NCBI GenBank assembly: GCA_963675525.2
Contig: CAXXSL010000016.1
Location: 1 to 64,000 of the forward strand
Source: Anaerohalosphaeraceae bacterium
GTDB lineage: Bacteria > Planctomycetota > Phycisphaerae > Sedimentisphaerales > Anaerohalosphaeraceae
Direction: 5' to 3'
DNA: 64,000 nucleotides
Under the pieces are notes generated by a model. It was not told where the DNA came from and did not search any database. It saw only the letters and a program-made list of their open reading frames with translations. The position numbers and the translations under genes were made by a program. The stretch's first letter is position 1. Each line of letters opens with the position of its first letter. Of this stretch, positions 51,977 to 62,700 are shown one piece after another.

Positions 51977-53298
51977 AGGTCTACCCCTAACTTCCGGGCT
52001 ACGGTCAATCCGGAACGGGCACCATCCTCATGGAATCCGTAACCACAATAGGCTCCGCAGTAAAAAATGCGGTTTTTGCCGTTGATCGCATCCAGTTCCT
52101 TATGGGTGCTCAAAGAGTCAAAGGTATAACAGGGGTGATCAAATACGATGGATTGTATTCGTTGATTTGGATCGATCCAGGTATCGCCGTTTAAGGTTAC
52201 AAAATAATTCTTTGCTGTCTTAAGTCGTTGCAATCGATTCATATAGTAAGACATATTGATCATAGATGCTTGCTGTCTGTCACCAAAACTGACATAACTC
52301 CAACTTGCCCAGGCACTTTGTTTGGGAGGCATTACTCGTATATCGCTATGCAGGGTGACATGATTTTTGGTATATGTCCATTTATCCAAAACCCTGCTTT
52401 CCTCGGGTTCCGGATTCACGAGGAGGCGACGGCTAATGTCGGCATGGGTTGAAAGCACAACGCTGTCAAAATCCATTTCCGTGTGATCTTCAAATGTCAC
52501 CTTGACCTGATTATCTATTCGCTTGACATACAGGACAGGGCTTGATTTTTTGACGGAACCCTGAAACTGTTTTTCAAAGGCATGAACATATGAAACGCTT
52601 CCGCCGACAACCGTTTTCCATTGAGGTCGGTTGGTTAGTGTCAGTAAGCCATGATGGTCATAAAAGCGAATAATCGCCTCGGCCGGAAAATCGAGTATAT
52701 TTTCACAAGGGGTTGACCAGACAGCAGCGCTGACCGGAACAATGTGAAAGTCAATATACGCCTTGGAAAATTGGTGTTTTTCAAGAAATTGCCCCAAGGT
52801 CAAACAACCGAGCCCGGTTTTCAATTCATTGATGGCAATACGATTAAAACGAAAGATATCCCACATCAACCCCCAAAATAGAGGTGAGATCAGATTTCGC
52901 CGACGCGCGAATAATCCACGGGGAACATCACTGGAATAATAAAACCCTGATTCTTTGTTTTCAAATCCAAACGACATATCAGAGTTTTGCGTGCGGACAC
53001 CCCATTGGTTAAACAGGCTTAGGAGGGTAGGATAGTTACGGTCATTCAGGACAATAAAGCCCATATCAATGGGGGTTTCTGCATCCGGTCCGGTTTGAAG
53101 ATGATGTGTGTATGCGTGGCCGCCAAGTTGCGACTCCTTTTCGATCAGCGTGACCGAATATCGTCGGGACAGCAACCATGCGGCGGTGATTCCGGAAATG
53201 CCTGCTCCAATGACGGCAATCCGATCAGGGTTAGCAGATATATTTTTTTTAGCACTTTTATCCAACGCCAACTCCCTGAAATCTCCATTTTCAACCAC
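51973..53298 (-). CDS. FAD-dependent oxidoreductase (amine oxidase-like; cfa-associated, UfaD-like)
   Basis: 'IAVIGAGISG', 'GGHA', 'DMGFIV.N...YP', 'SDMSF', 'GAYCGYGFHEDG'. Confidence 0.9.
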   Translation of the reverse strand: MVENGDFRELALDKSAKKNISANPDRIAVIGAGISGITAAWLLSRRYSVTLIEKESQLGGHAYTHHLQTGPDAETPIDMGFIVLNDRNYPTLLSLFNQWGVRTQNSDMSFGFENKESGFYYSSDVPRGLFARRRNLISPLFWGLMWDIFRFNRIAINELKTGLGCLTLGQFLEKHQFSKAYIDFHIVPVSAAVWSTPCENILDFPAEAIIRFYDHHGLLTLTNRPQWKTVVGGSVSYVHAFEKQFQGSVKKSSPVLYVKRIDNQVKVTFEDHTEMDFDSVVLSTHADISRRLLVNPEPEESRVLDKWTYTKNHVTLHSDIRVMPPKQSAWASWSYVSFGDRQQASMINMSYYMNRLQRLKTAKNYFVTLNGDTWIDPNQRIQSIVFDHPCYTFDSLSTHKELDAINGKNRIFYCGAYCGYGFHEDGARSGLTVARKLGVDL

Positions 53299-53406
53299 AG
53301 TTTAGGTAAAAACTTATCGCCATTCAAGAATAATTGCCAGTGAAACAAAAAAGTTAATCAATTTCGGTTAAAGTTGCACATTCAATACGCTAAGGAAGTT
53401 TTCTAA

Positions 53407-53988
53407 TTAACAAGAATTCGTTTTTGGTGGATAGTAAAATCGCTTTGCCATGAGACCTAACCAGGGCATCACAAAGAACCAGATGACTCCAACCCATATT
53501 AAACCGAGATAAGACGGTTCTGAAAATCGCAATGCGCCTAAGCGGCCCGCCGCATAATAGGTCGGCGGCGCGATAATTGCTCCCAAGACCGCGGCAAGAA
53601 TAGGTTTTTTCTGTAAGAAACGAAGGGCTCGGTCCAGGGTTAGAGAAAAGTTGACCCAGATCATAAGATCCCATATTGCTGTGTAGGGTGGCGGCATTAG
53701 CCATCGATTGGGTTCCACCGTCCCAAGAAGGATCAAAAGTGTATCTGCTAAAAATCCAGTGGCTGCTGTCATTAATGCCACAATGAACACAATCCGTATT
53801 TTATTCCGTTCAATCACTGTGATATGAATTATCAAAAGTAATAGCACGACAACCATACCCAACCAGTGATAACCCCACGCTGCACCTAAAACACAAGCAC
53901 CCCAACCAATGTCAACCGAGATTACATTCCAAATATTCTTAATAAGATTTTGAATCGATTTTGGATGTTCGATTTTATCTGATTCCAC
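53407..53988 (-). CDS. DUF2878 family membrane protein
   Basis: 'IGWGACVLG', 'DTLL...G', 'WVNF', 'P.TYYAAGRLGA'. Confidence 0.8.
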   Translation of the reverse strand: MESDKIEHPKSIQNLIKNIWNVISVDIGWGACVLGAAWGYHWLGMVVVLLLLIIHITVIERNKIRIVFIVALMTAATGFLADTLLILLGTVEPNRWLMPPPYTAIWDLMIWVNFSLTLDRALRFLQKKPILAAVLGAIIAPPTYYAAGRLGALRFSEPSYLGLIWVGVIWFFVMPWLGLMAKRFYYPPKTNSC

Positions 53989-54056
53989 GGTGTCTTTTCC
54001 TGATTAATTATGATTCCTTCACATTACCATGATTTCATATTCTAGAGACAGGAACT

Positions 54057-54242
54057 TTAGGGCTTGTCTTTGTGTATGGTTACAATGCCCAGATAGCCAT
54101 CAACGACAATTTTTTGTCCATTTTCAATAAGATCGACAACATTCGGCACACCTGTAATACAAGGAAGTCCATATTCCCTTGCAATGATCGCTCCATGAAC
54201 CAGCATCCCACCTCTTCGTTCTACAACAGCGCTGGCCATCAA
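54057..54242 (-). pseudogene. C-terminal remnant of a PEP-utilising enzyme mobile (phospho-His) domain
   Basis: 'GGMLVHGAIIAREYGLPCITGV...VDGYLG' only, 61 aa; start of the domain missing. Confidence 0.8.
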
Positions 54243-54269
54243 TTTGCGACAGTTTTAAAGTAAAGTTTG

Positions 54270-54719
54270 TCAATCCAAATGCATCTCGATGACATTCTGA
54301 AATCGTTCAACGACATAAATGGATTTAACATCAATGCATAAAAAAGCACACGACCGAGAAGCCAGAAACGAAGCGAGTTGCGGATGTTTCTGGAGGTAAC
54401 GCTTCATCATCGTGCTGTTTTTGTTTTTGCGGATCTGCCGCACCGAACCAACGGCAGTGACCCCCATCGCTTTTCGAAAATCAGCCGCTTTGTTTGACCG
54501 GTTATCGATAAAAAAGGACACGCTGGAATTCGAGAGCATATTTTCGAACTTTCGGGTGGTCTTTGCAGTGGCAAAAACAATCTGCCGCAGATCATCCGAG
54601 CATGCAAAAGCAATGAGGTTGGTATAGGGGTTCTCTTTTTGCTGAGTGGCCAAGACGCCCAGTTTCTGAGACCGAAAAAGCTTCTGGAGCCTGTCTTCAA
54701 GCGAGGGATCTGTTTTCAA
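54270..54719 (-). CDS. Pyridoxamine 5'-phosphate oxidase-like (split barrel) protein
   Basis: 'LGVLAT', 'PYTNLIAF', 'FAT...TRKF.N', 'IDNRSN'. Confidence 0.85.
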   Translation of the reverse strand: MKTDPSLEDRLQKLFRSQKLGVLATQQKENPYTNLIAFACSDDLRQIVFATAKTTRKFENMLSNSSVSFFIDNRSNKAADFRKAMGVTAVGSVRQIRKNKNSTMMKRYLQKHPQLASFLASRSCAFLCIDVKSIYVVERFQNVIEMHLD

Positions 54720-54752
54720 TTGATTGGACCTTTCGAATAGAGGAACACAGGC

Positions 54753-54956
54753 TTATAATTTCATGGGCATACAAAGGCTTTCTTCTAAGTGGGCGGTTCG
54801 TCCACAGATTTCGCATTTGTATCTCGGTTCTTCAACCAGATCCTTGTACTCTTCCGGATTGTCTACATGATAGCCATAAGACACGAAATAACATAGATGC
54901 TTTGTGTGCTCATCACTTTTGCATTTCTGATTACCCTTTGGATGTTCTGATGCCAT
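54753..54956 (-). CDS. Small His/Cys-rich putative metal-binding protein, paralog of 27660..27857
   Basis: 'HTKHLCY...EEYKDLV...CEICGRTA...LCMP'; GGGAG RBS before ATG 54956. Confidence 0.8.
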   Translation of the reverse strand: MASEHPKGNQKCKSDEHTKHLCYFVSYGYHVDNPEEYKDLVEEPRYKCEICGRTAHLEESLCMPMKL

Positions 54957-55215
54957 AATTATCTCCCGTTCATAGTCTCGCGTTGTTTTACAACAAAAGT
55001 TATTTATTGCCAAGCAGTGCGCATCTTTAGATGTGACTTTTATTATACAGAGATTCTGGAAAAATAAAAATGTAAATCCGTTAATAATAAACTGTTCTTT
55101 TCTCTGTAAAGATTCGATTTTGCCTCAATAAATGGTCTCAACGCCCAAAACGCAAGACGCTTTCTTGTGTCAATTTTGAGACGACAGAAACAAATGCTAA
55201 GAAAACCCAAAAATA

Positions 55216-56535
55216 TTAATCCTCGGCAAGTAATTCATAGACCGCATCAAGAGCTCGTCTCAACGCCCAAGCTTGCTTACCGGGATCATTGTCTTTGCTG
55301 ACATTACCAAGGGCATCCCTTAAGAGCGAGCGTTCCTGATCATTCAAGGCGTTTGTATCGGATTTCAGCAACGAATTAGCGGCAACTTCGTAAATAGCAG
55401 CGCAGGCCGAAGCCTGGTCCTTGTTGAATAAAGGCACGCCGCGATGGATAGCAAGCTCGATTACCTGTCTGGGGGCTTCCTTTGAAGTCAGTTTCTCCAC
55501 TGGCGGAAGCAAAACTTTGTCAATGACATGAATCACACCATTCGATGCCATGATGTCTGATGTAATCACGTTGGCCCTGTTGACTTCGAACGATCCAACT
55601 GTTCGGATCTCAATGGACTGGCCTTGCAGTGTCTCTGCCGATTGACTACCAAGCAGAATCTTTCCAGATACCACATGATAGGAAAGTACCGCGATAAGCT
55701 TATCACGGTTTTCCGGCTTGAGAAGATCTTCCACTGTGCCTTTCGGTAGCTTGGCAAATGCCTCGTCGCTCGGAGCGAAGACAGTCAAAGGTCCCTTTCC
55801 CTTCAGCGAGTCGGCTAACCCTGCAGCCTTGACTGCTGCGACAAGTGTCTTGAAAGTGCCTGCTGCAACGGCCGTGTCCATGATGTCCTTACTTTCGCCC
55901 GATTCATGAGACTGTCTCACAACAGCCGCTTCATTGGTGTCGGTTTCTTTCTCGGCTCTGATTTCACTAATTTCCAACTGGAATGGACCGGATTTCTTGT
56001 CTGACAATGTGAAACCTAGACTCTGGATATCTTTCGCCTTAAGGGGTTCAGCTCCCAGGATAACCCTGCCAAAGGACGTATACACAAAGTCATTCAGATT
56101 AATATGGATATCCTGCCAAGTATCTCTCTGCGTGTTCAACGGTACACGATATGATGAAGCGGCACTGCGAGAAGAGGTCATTAAGTTAAAGTAATAAGTT
56201 CTACCGTCGCCTTTGAGGCGGATTCCAATTTTGTCGTATCCATCAAGATTCAGGTCGGCTGGTTGTGCGCGAATGGATGCGAAGCCGCCTCGATTTTCCA
56301 GTGATAAATTGCCGGAGAATTCCAGCGTTTTGTCATCAGTGATGCGGAAGCGGCCCTCTGAAATTCCGCCCATAACATTGTCATTAACTGAAATCCATTG
56401 CTTGGCAACTGATTCGTCAGAGAAGTCAATCAACATTTTGCTTGTCGGCTCAAAAGCCATTCCAATGGACATGAAGCCGAAAAAAAAGGCCCATAACACA
56501 AGCAATATTATTATATTTCGTTTTATTTGACTCAT
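55216..56535 (-). CDS. Secreted CIA30-domain + fasciclin-domain protein
   Basis: '[10 protein letters not shown]','[11 protein letters not shown]','KGDGRTY' (CIA30); '[11 protein letters not shown]','[10 protein letters not shown]','[12 protein letters not shown]' (FAS1). Confidence 0.92.
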   Translation of the reverse strand: MSQIKRNIIILLVLWAFFFGFMSIGMAFEPTSKMLIDFSDESVAKQWISVNDNVMGGISEGRFRITDDKTLEFSGNLSLENRGGFASIRAQPADLNLDGYDKIGIRLKGDGRTYYFNLMTSSRSAASSYRVPLNTQRDTWQDIHINLNDFVYTSFGRVILGAEPLKAKDIQSLGFTLSDKKSGPFQLEISEIRAEKETDTNEAAVVRQSHESGESKDIMDTAVAAGTFKTLVAAVKAAGLADSLKGKGPLTVFAPSDEAFAKLPKGTVEDLLKPENRDKLIAVLSYHVVSGKILLGSQSAETLQGQSIEIRTVGSFEVNRANVITSDIMASNGVIHVIDKVLLPPVEKLTSKEAPRQVIELAIHRGVPLFNKDQASACAAIYEVAANSLLKSDTNALNDQERSLLRDALGNVSKDNDPGKQAWALRRALDAVYELLAED

Positions 56536-56977
56536 ATTCAGTTCCTTTCAAATGGTTTTCTCCAAAATACAATAAACAAGAGCATTTTTTAGCTCTAATT
56601 AGTCTATATACCCCACTGGCAGGCTCTCTTGTTCAGATAAAAAGGAGATATATCATATTTGCTAAGTGATACCAATCCGTATAAAAAAATGCGCTAGCTG
56701 CGCGGCTATGTCATTTTTTCGAAAGACTTCAGAATTGTCCTCGCGGAATTTTATTACAATAAAGGGTGCGAAACAACGGTTTTATGATTACCATTTGAGG
56801 CCTCAGTTTGGCAGAATGTCTGCTTTTCTGGTTATCCGTACCTCATCGTTTCAGGGATTTTGTACTGAACAGCAACGGTTTGCATCCAGATAATTATCTT
56901 GCCAAGACCTTGCCCTGCGATATCATTGGTATATGCGAGTTGTCTCGGAAAGTTGTTAAATCGATTAATAATAAATA

Positions 56978-57688
56978 ATGAAAGAGCATCCTAAACGCAA
57001 TCAAAAATGCAAAAGAAGCTTTTTCACAAACGGTGTTGTGATAACGGCAGTTTTGTCATTTTTCCTCCCAATCGCTTTGGCTCATCAGCCGCGTTTAGTG
57101 GGCGATGAGACAGAAGTCATTGTAACCTTACCTGAAATCTCCAAAGCCTATTATGGTAATCTTGCTGGACAGCCTGCAACCTATCATATTGAGGCGACAG
57201 ATACTTTCAGGCTCTATGTAAACATCCTGGTCCCGGATATTGAAGGGGCAGGAAAAGATGTTTCAGTGAAGATCCTGAAAAAGAGCGATGTCATTTCAGT
57301 GCTCGACGCCAGTGCCCACGTCTGGACGGAGTTCTATGAGCCGTTTGCAGGCGATGCTAACTACCGGGGACCAGAATATGTCGAGACACAAGGGCCTGGG
57401 GATTATGAAATACAGGTGTACAGTCCGGACAACCACGGTAAGTATGTCCTGGCAATTGGCGACCGGGAGGCATTCCCTTTCGGGGAGTTGGTCAAAACCT
57501 ATCTTGTGCTGCCGCGTCTGAAATCGGAGTTTTTTGGCAAAAGCCCGTTTTCGGCATATTCGAACATGATGGGGATTTTTCTGGGATTCATGCTGCTGGT
57601 CACGTTGATCATTGCAGCAATCCTTTACTTCGGCATCCGATTGATCAAAAAACGATTAAAAGTTACGAATCAAATGAATCGGCAATGA
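56978..57688 (+). CDS. Hypothetical exported protein with C-terminal TM anchor
   Basis: Signal-like '...IALA|HQP', beta-rich body ('GKYVLAIG..E.F'), C-terminal TM. Confidence 0.75.
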   Translation: MKEHPKRNQKCKRSFFTNGVVITAVLSFFLPIALAHQPRLVGDETEVIVTLPEISKAYYGNLAGQPATYHIEATDTFRLYVNILVPDIEGAGKDVSVKILKKSDVISVLDASAHVWTEFYEPFAGDANYRGPEYVETQGPGDYEIQVYSPDNHGKYVLAIGDREAFPFGELVKTYLVLPRLKSEFFGKSPFSAYSNMMGIFLGFMLLVTLIIAAILYFGIRLIKKRLKVTNQMNRQ

Positions 57689-59188
57689 TTATTCAGAGGG
57701 CGAAACCTTCTTGGCAATGGCGTTTATCATGCCTTTGAAAATAAACCAATGCAACGGATAGGACCCATACCAGTAGATCAGTCCGCCCATCCCATGAGGT
57801 TTGAAGACGGCTGTCTGGTAGAGAACGGAGTTGTCTTTATTGGGCTCGACCTCAAACTGCAACCATGCCTTCCCAGGCAACTTCATTTCCGCCCGCAGAC
57901 GCAGCAACCATTTGGGCTGAATGACCTCTACACACCAAAAATCAACGCTGTCACCGGCTTTTAAATGGCCTGGATTTCGCTCTGTTCGCCGCATGCCAAC
58001 TCCTCCTATCAATAAGTCGATCCAACCGCGTAACCGCCATAGCCAATCGGCATAATACCAGCCGCCCTGTCCTCCAATCCGCTCAATCGATTCAAAGAGT
58101 TTATGAGGCGGGCAAGGGACGGTCACTGAATACGATTCGATGATGCGCCATCCCTTCCGACAGGTATACTTTTGGAGTGATGCAGTTGCTTCCGAATCCA
58201 ACTGAGACGCTCGGAAATGCTCAAATTCCTTATCTTCTGCTTCAAGGGATTGACGCATCGCTTCTGAGATCATCTGCGGTCTCAGTGCAAAATACGTCAG
58301 CGCCGCGGAATCTTTGACAACGGTGGGATTTCTGATCCCCTCGATTAGCGCTCTACCGATCCGGAAATAAAGAGGGGTAACGAATCTCAACCACAAGCTG
58401 GATAAATAAGGAGTCAAAACGGGTACTGGTATCATCAGTCGATGCAAGTGGCGCTGACGCGCATATTCCTTCATGAGCCCCATGTACGAAATCCGTTTGG
58501 GCCCGCCAATCTCAAAAATCCGGCTTTGTTCTATCGGAAGTTCGATGGCTTCAAGAAGATAGCCAATAACATCTTCAATAAAGATCGGCTGGGCCTCGGT
58601 CCGAACCCAGCGCGGAGTAACCATGACCGGTAGCTTTTCAACCAGAGTCCGGATCATTTCAAATGATATACTACCAACACCAATAATGATTGACGCACGA
58701 AACTCAATGGTCAGAATCCCAGAGTTGGCAAGGATTTGTCCCACCTCCTGACGGCTGGCAAGATGAGAGGAGAGTTCTTTCTGGTCTCCGAGCCCTCCCA
58801 GATAGATTATCCGCTTGACCCCAGCGGTTTTGGCTGCTTTTGCAAAATGATTGGCCGCAAGTCGGTCACGTTCAACAAAATCACCACCTCCCGCCATGGA
58901 ATGAATCAGATAGAAGGCGGTGTCAACATCTTTCATCGTAACGGCCAGCGATTCCGGATTTAAAACGTCCCCCTGAACGACTTCAGTTATACCAAGGATA
59001 GAAGAATCCAGTTTTTCTGAACGCCGCGCGAGACAGCGAAGGCGGCAGGGATAGCCGGTAAGCGCCTTGGCCAATTTCCCACCAACATACCCGGTTGCCC
59101 CGGTAACAAGGATGCGTCGATCCTTTTTCGGTCGGTTCTGATTTTCCATAGTAGGTTTATTATAGTGAAAACCCGGCTCGATTGGCAT
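57689..59188 (-). CDS. NAD-binding SDR + DUF2867 protein (YbjT-like)
   Basis: 'VTGATGYVG','YLIHSM','HLASR.EVG','IGG.GGWY','LRAEMKLPG.AWL'; start may be ATG 59149. Confidence 0.9.
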   Translation of the reverse strand: MPIEPGFHYNKPTMENQNRPKKDRRILVTGATGYVGGKLAKALTGYPCRLRCLARRSEKLDSSILGITEVVQGDVLNPESLAVTMKDVDTAFYLIHSMAGGGDFVERDRLAANHFAKAAKTAGVKRIIYLGGLGDQKELSSHLASRQEVGQILANSGILTIEFRASIIIGVGSISFEMIRTLVEKLPVMVTPRWVRTEAQPIFIEDVIGYLLEAIELPIEQSRIFEIGGPKRISYMGLMKEYARQRHLHRLMIPVPVLTPYLSSLWLRFVTPLYFRIGRALIEGIRNPTVVKDSAALTYFALRPQMISEAMRQSLEAEDKEFEHFRASQLDSEATASLQKYTCRKGWRIIESYSVTVPCPPHKLFESIERIGGQGGWYYADWLWRLRGWIDLLIGGVGMRRTERNPGHLKAGDSVDFWCVEVIQPKWLLRLRAEMKLPGKAWLQFEVEPNKDNSVLYQTAVFKPHGMGGLIYWYGSYPLHWFIFKGMINAIAKKVSPSE

Positions 59189-59786
59189 TAAAAAAACAGA
59201 ACCGCTTAACCTTCGGCGTTTCGCTCCAGTCCATGCTAAACTTTTTGCCCCCTGAGGTTAAACTTCGTCTGCCAATTGTTGCAGCTGATTTATAATAGTA
59301 TTGTGTGACTTACCTAACAATGCTCGGATTAAACCTACAACCTAACTACAACCCAATACCCCAATAGCTCATAAAAGTCGAAATACGGAAAGTCATAAGT
59401 TTAGTATTACCTGTCACTTAAAAATACCTCAAAAAATGCAAACATTTTAATATACTATTCCATTGCAAGGTTCTGATAAAAGTTTTGTTTTTTAGTTAAA
59501 ATTCAAAATTGCTTTTCCAATCGCCAGTGAAAATAGTGACTTGTGGTGTCATAATGGAGACATCAGTTTTCCTGAAAATTATGCCGTTTCACTTGTGAGT
59601 TGAATCCGCCTTTATAAATATCAGAAGGCCATTCGGGCGAACCTGCGACTCCGGGTTATGAGAAACCACCCCAAAATACCTTAAGCCATTATTTCAATTG
59701 TCGTTACGAACTTAGATGGTTCTCAAAAGTCGGGAAATAGCGGAAAGCCGCTGGCAAGCCTAAATTTAACCAAACGATCAATCGCG

Positions 59787-62700
59787 TTAGTACTGGCTTA
59801 GCCAAAACTCAGATAACACGGAAAAATCTCCCAAGTTAACAGTTGTATCATAATAGTTCAGGTTTGCCTCCAACACATCCAGGTTTGACTCAACACTTAG
59901 CCATTGATCCGCCAGCACGACCAAGTCATCAAGGTCCACCTGAGAATTATTTATAATATCCCCGATCGCGATTTTGGGCCAGTTGGTCACTCCCAAAACC
60001 GCCAGTCCACCTTTTTTATCTGCGACAAGGATTCGTGAGCCTACGCTGCTGATATGAAATGCAGGAGAACTGGTTGCTGCTTTGGCGTATAAAACCCGTG
60101 CCGCGGGAGTGGACACATCCAGGACCGAAACACCATACGTTGCATCCGCCACACAGAGTCGGTCTCCGACAATGGCGACATCGACGATCATCCCCGGCAT
60201 GTCGTATTCTTCAATCAATGATGGACTGGCAGGATTTGAAACATCTAGAATGGTAAGGCCGGCCGTTCCGCAGGCGACATACAGGACTTCGCCATCGATT
60301 GCAACACCGTATGCCAAACCTGCAACAGGATAACTTCCGACATACTGGGCGGTCGAAAGATCCAGAATTGAAATGCCCATACCACCTTCAGCGACATAGC
60401 CATGTGTGCTTCCGACGGCCACATCAGAGGCCCATCCATCCGCACCCACCCCCAGAGATCCGATCAATGAAGGCGACATCGGTGAAGAAACATCCAGGAC
60501 ATAGACATCGTTGCTGTCACAAACCATGGCCGTTGAGCCATTGACGGAAACCGCTGTCGCAAATCGACTCGTTGCAAACGCGGCCGGGCTGCCCGCCGAA
60601 TTGGATAGATCAAATACATTAAGACCGGAAAGGCCGGCCGCTACAAAAGCATACTGACCTTCGATCTCAATGTCTTCCGCATGGAAAAGACTTTCGAATG
60701 TGTCATTCACAGCAGGTGCAGCCGGGGCCGATAGATTATAATCTGCCAAATTCTGCTGATTACCAACAACATAAACTTCGCCCAGAGAGTCGGAAGCAAC
60801 TCCTCCTGCGGCTGATATTAGCGAGTAGCTACCCAGCGAAGAAACAGCGGCGGGATTGCTGACATCAAGAATCTCAAGCCCAGCAGAGCCGTCAGCAACA
60901 TAAGCAACGGTGCCATCTACAACAATATCCGCAGGGTCGGCTAAAGTGGAATAAAGCCCAGAAGAAGCAGGACTTGCCGAGGCGGATACATCCAAGACTT
61001 CCAGCCCGGTTTGGCCTATTACATAGGCATATCCATTTTGGACTTCAATATCTCTGGCCGATCCGACCTGTAAGATCGTTTCACTGTCCAGAGTAATACT
61101 TCCTGAGGCGTCTAAAATAGAAAGATTCCCGAAAGAATCGAGGGTGTAAATAGTTTGTCCGCTATCTAAAATTCGTGTTCCAAATTCGATACCGTCATAA
61201 TCCATCTGGGATAATAGGGCTCCAATTTTATCTGAAGTTAGTGCCTCAGTATAAATCCTGACATCGTCGATCAGGCCCTGGAAGTAACGGGGACCGCCGG
61301 CGGCTAAATACGCGCCGATCTTAACATCTTCAGCCGAACCGCTATTGATCGGCTCATCTGCAAAGGAACTGACCGTTTCAAGCTGACCGTCAACATACAA
61401 TTGAGCTTCTGCAATATCCGGGCTGCCGTCATCGATGATCACAACGGCAACATGGTGCCATGTGTCGTTATTGATGACGGTGGTGCCGATGATATTGCCG
61501 CCCTGAACTTCCGCGCGAAGCTGACCGCCTTCATTGACACGAATGACCCAGCGGCCGCCATTGTATTCTTCGCCCCATGTCAGGATCTCACCGGAGACCG
61601 AAGCGGTTTTGATCCAGGCCATACAAGTTCGGCTGGCAGTACCGATGATGCCCTTGTATCCGGAAACTTGCACATAATCATCCGTACCGTCAAAGGCAAG
61701 GGCGTTGCCCATGTTACCGGAAACCCAGTCACTGTCGTCCATGTGCATCAATGTGCCATTATGGCCATTAAGTGAACTGTCTGACGCAATAGAACCGGCC
61801 ATTTCGTCCAGTTTCCAGTGAGCAACAGCTTCTTCCAGAACAGGCGTTGAGCCTAATTCAAAGATTCTGATGCCTTCCGATTCGTCAAGAATGTAGAGAA
61901 GCCCGCCGGAAGTTTTCACGGAATTAACTATGCCGGTTGTTTCATAGGTCACAGCCAGAACCGGTTCAAGCGGCGTTGAGATATTATATATGTGCGTACC
62001 GGCAATGCCGTCAGCGATACAAAGAGTACTACCATCACTGTCGATATCAGATGCAAAACCGCCTGTCTCAATGGTTGTTGCGCCAAGCAACGGCTTAAAA
62101 TCGTTCAGATTAACGACGGTAAATCCTTTATTGCCCAAGGCTGCATAAGCAACATCGCCCTGAACGGTAATCGCCTCAATCACGCCTTCCAGACGGATTT
62201 GATTGATGTTGGACGGCGACGCTGGATTGGATACATCCAGCAACACCAGCATGGCTCCCCGACCCAATAGAATTTTATCATCATACTTAGCTAATGCTTT
62301 TGCGGGTCCGCCAATTCCGCCAACCGGCCGTGTTCCCAAGGTCGTATTCGGACCACCTGTACCCTGCAGAGCTAAATAAGCAACTTTTTCCGAATCATTG
62401 CTGCCGATCGCTAATTGTGCGTATTTGTATTCCTGAACGGACCTGGGACTAAATCGGACCGTTATGCTTTCTATTCCTGCCGGCTGGACTGTAAAAGGCG
62501 GAACCGATGCAGAAGTAACCGAATACACATCCGTTTCAAGACCGACTGCCTGTATTGATGTTACTTCCAGAACATCATTGCCTGTGTTAGTAATATCAAA
62601 TACAAGATCGCTATTGCTGCCAATCGTAACATTCTCAAAATCGAGCATTGCAGGGGATATGCTGATCCGTCCGGCAGGTTCGCTGATACCGCCTGATATT

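Larger units (their letters stand above)
45840..59450. mobile_element. Probable genomic island downstream of tRNA-Ser
   Basis: Integrase next to the tRNA 3' end, visibly more AT-rich cargo, a gene remnant, and CTACAACC motifs near both ends. No tRNA-3' duplication found, so the right boundary is uncertain. Confidence 0.55.

Noticed and set aside
55000..55185. Possible sigma-54 promoter and enhancer palindrome (TGTGTCAATTTTGAGAC)
   Set aside because: The -12 GC element is missing, so the evidence is too weak.
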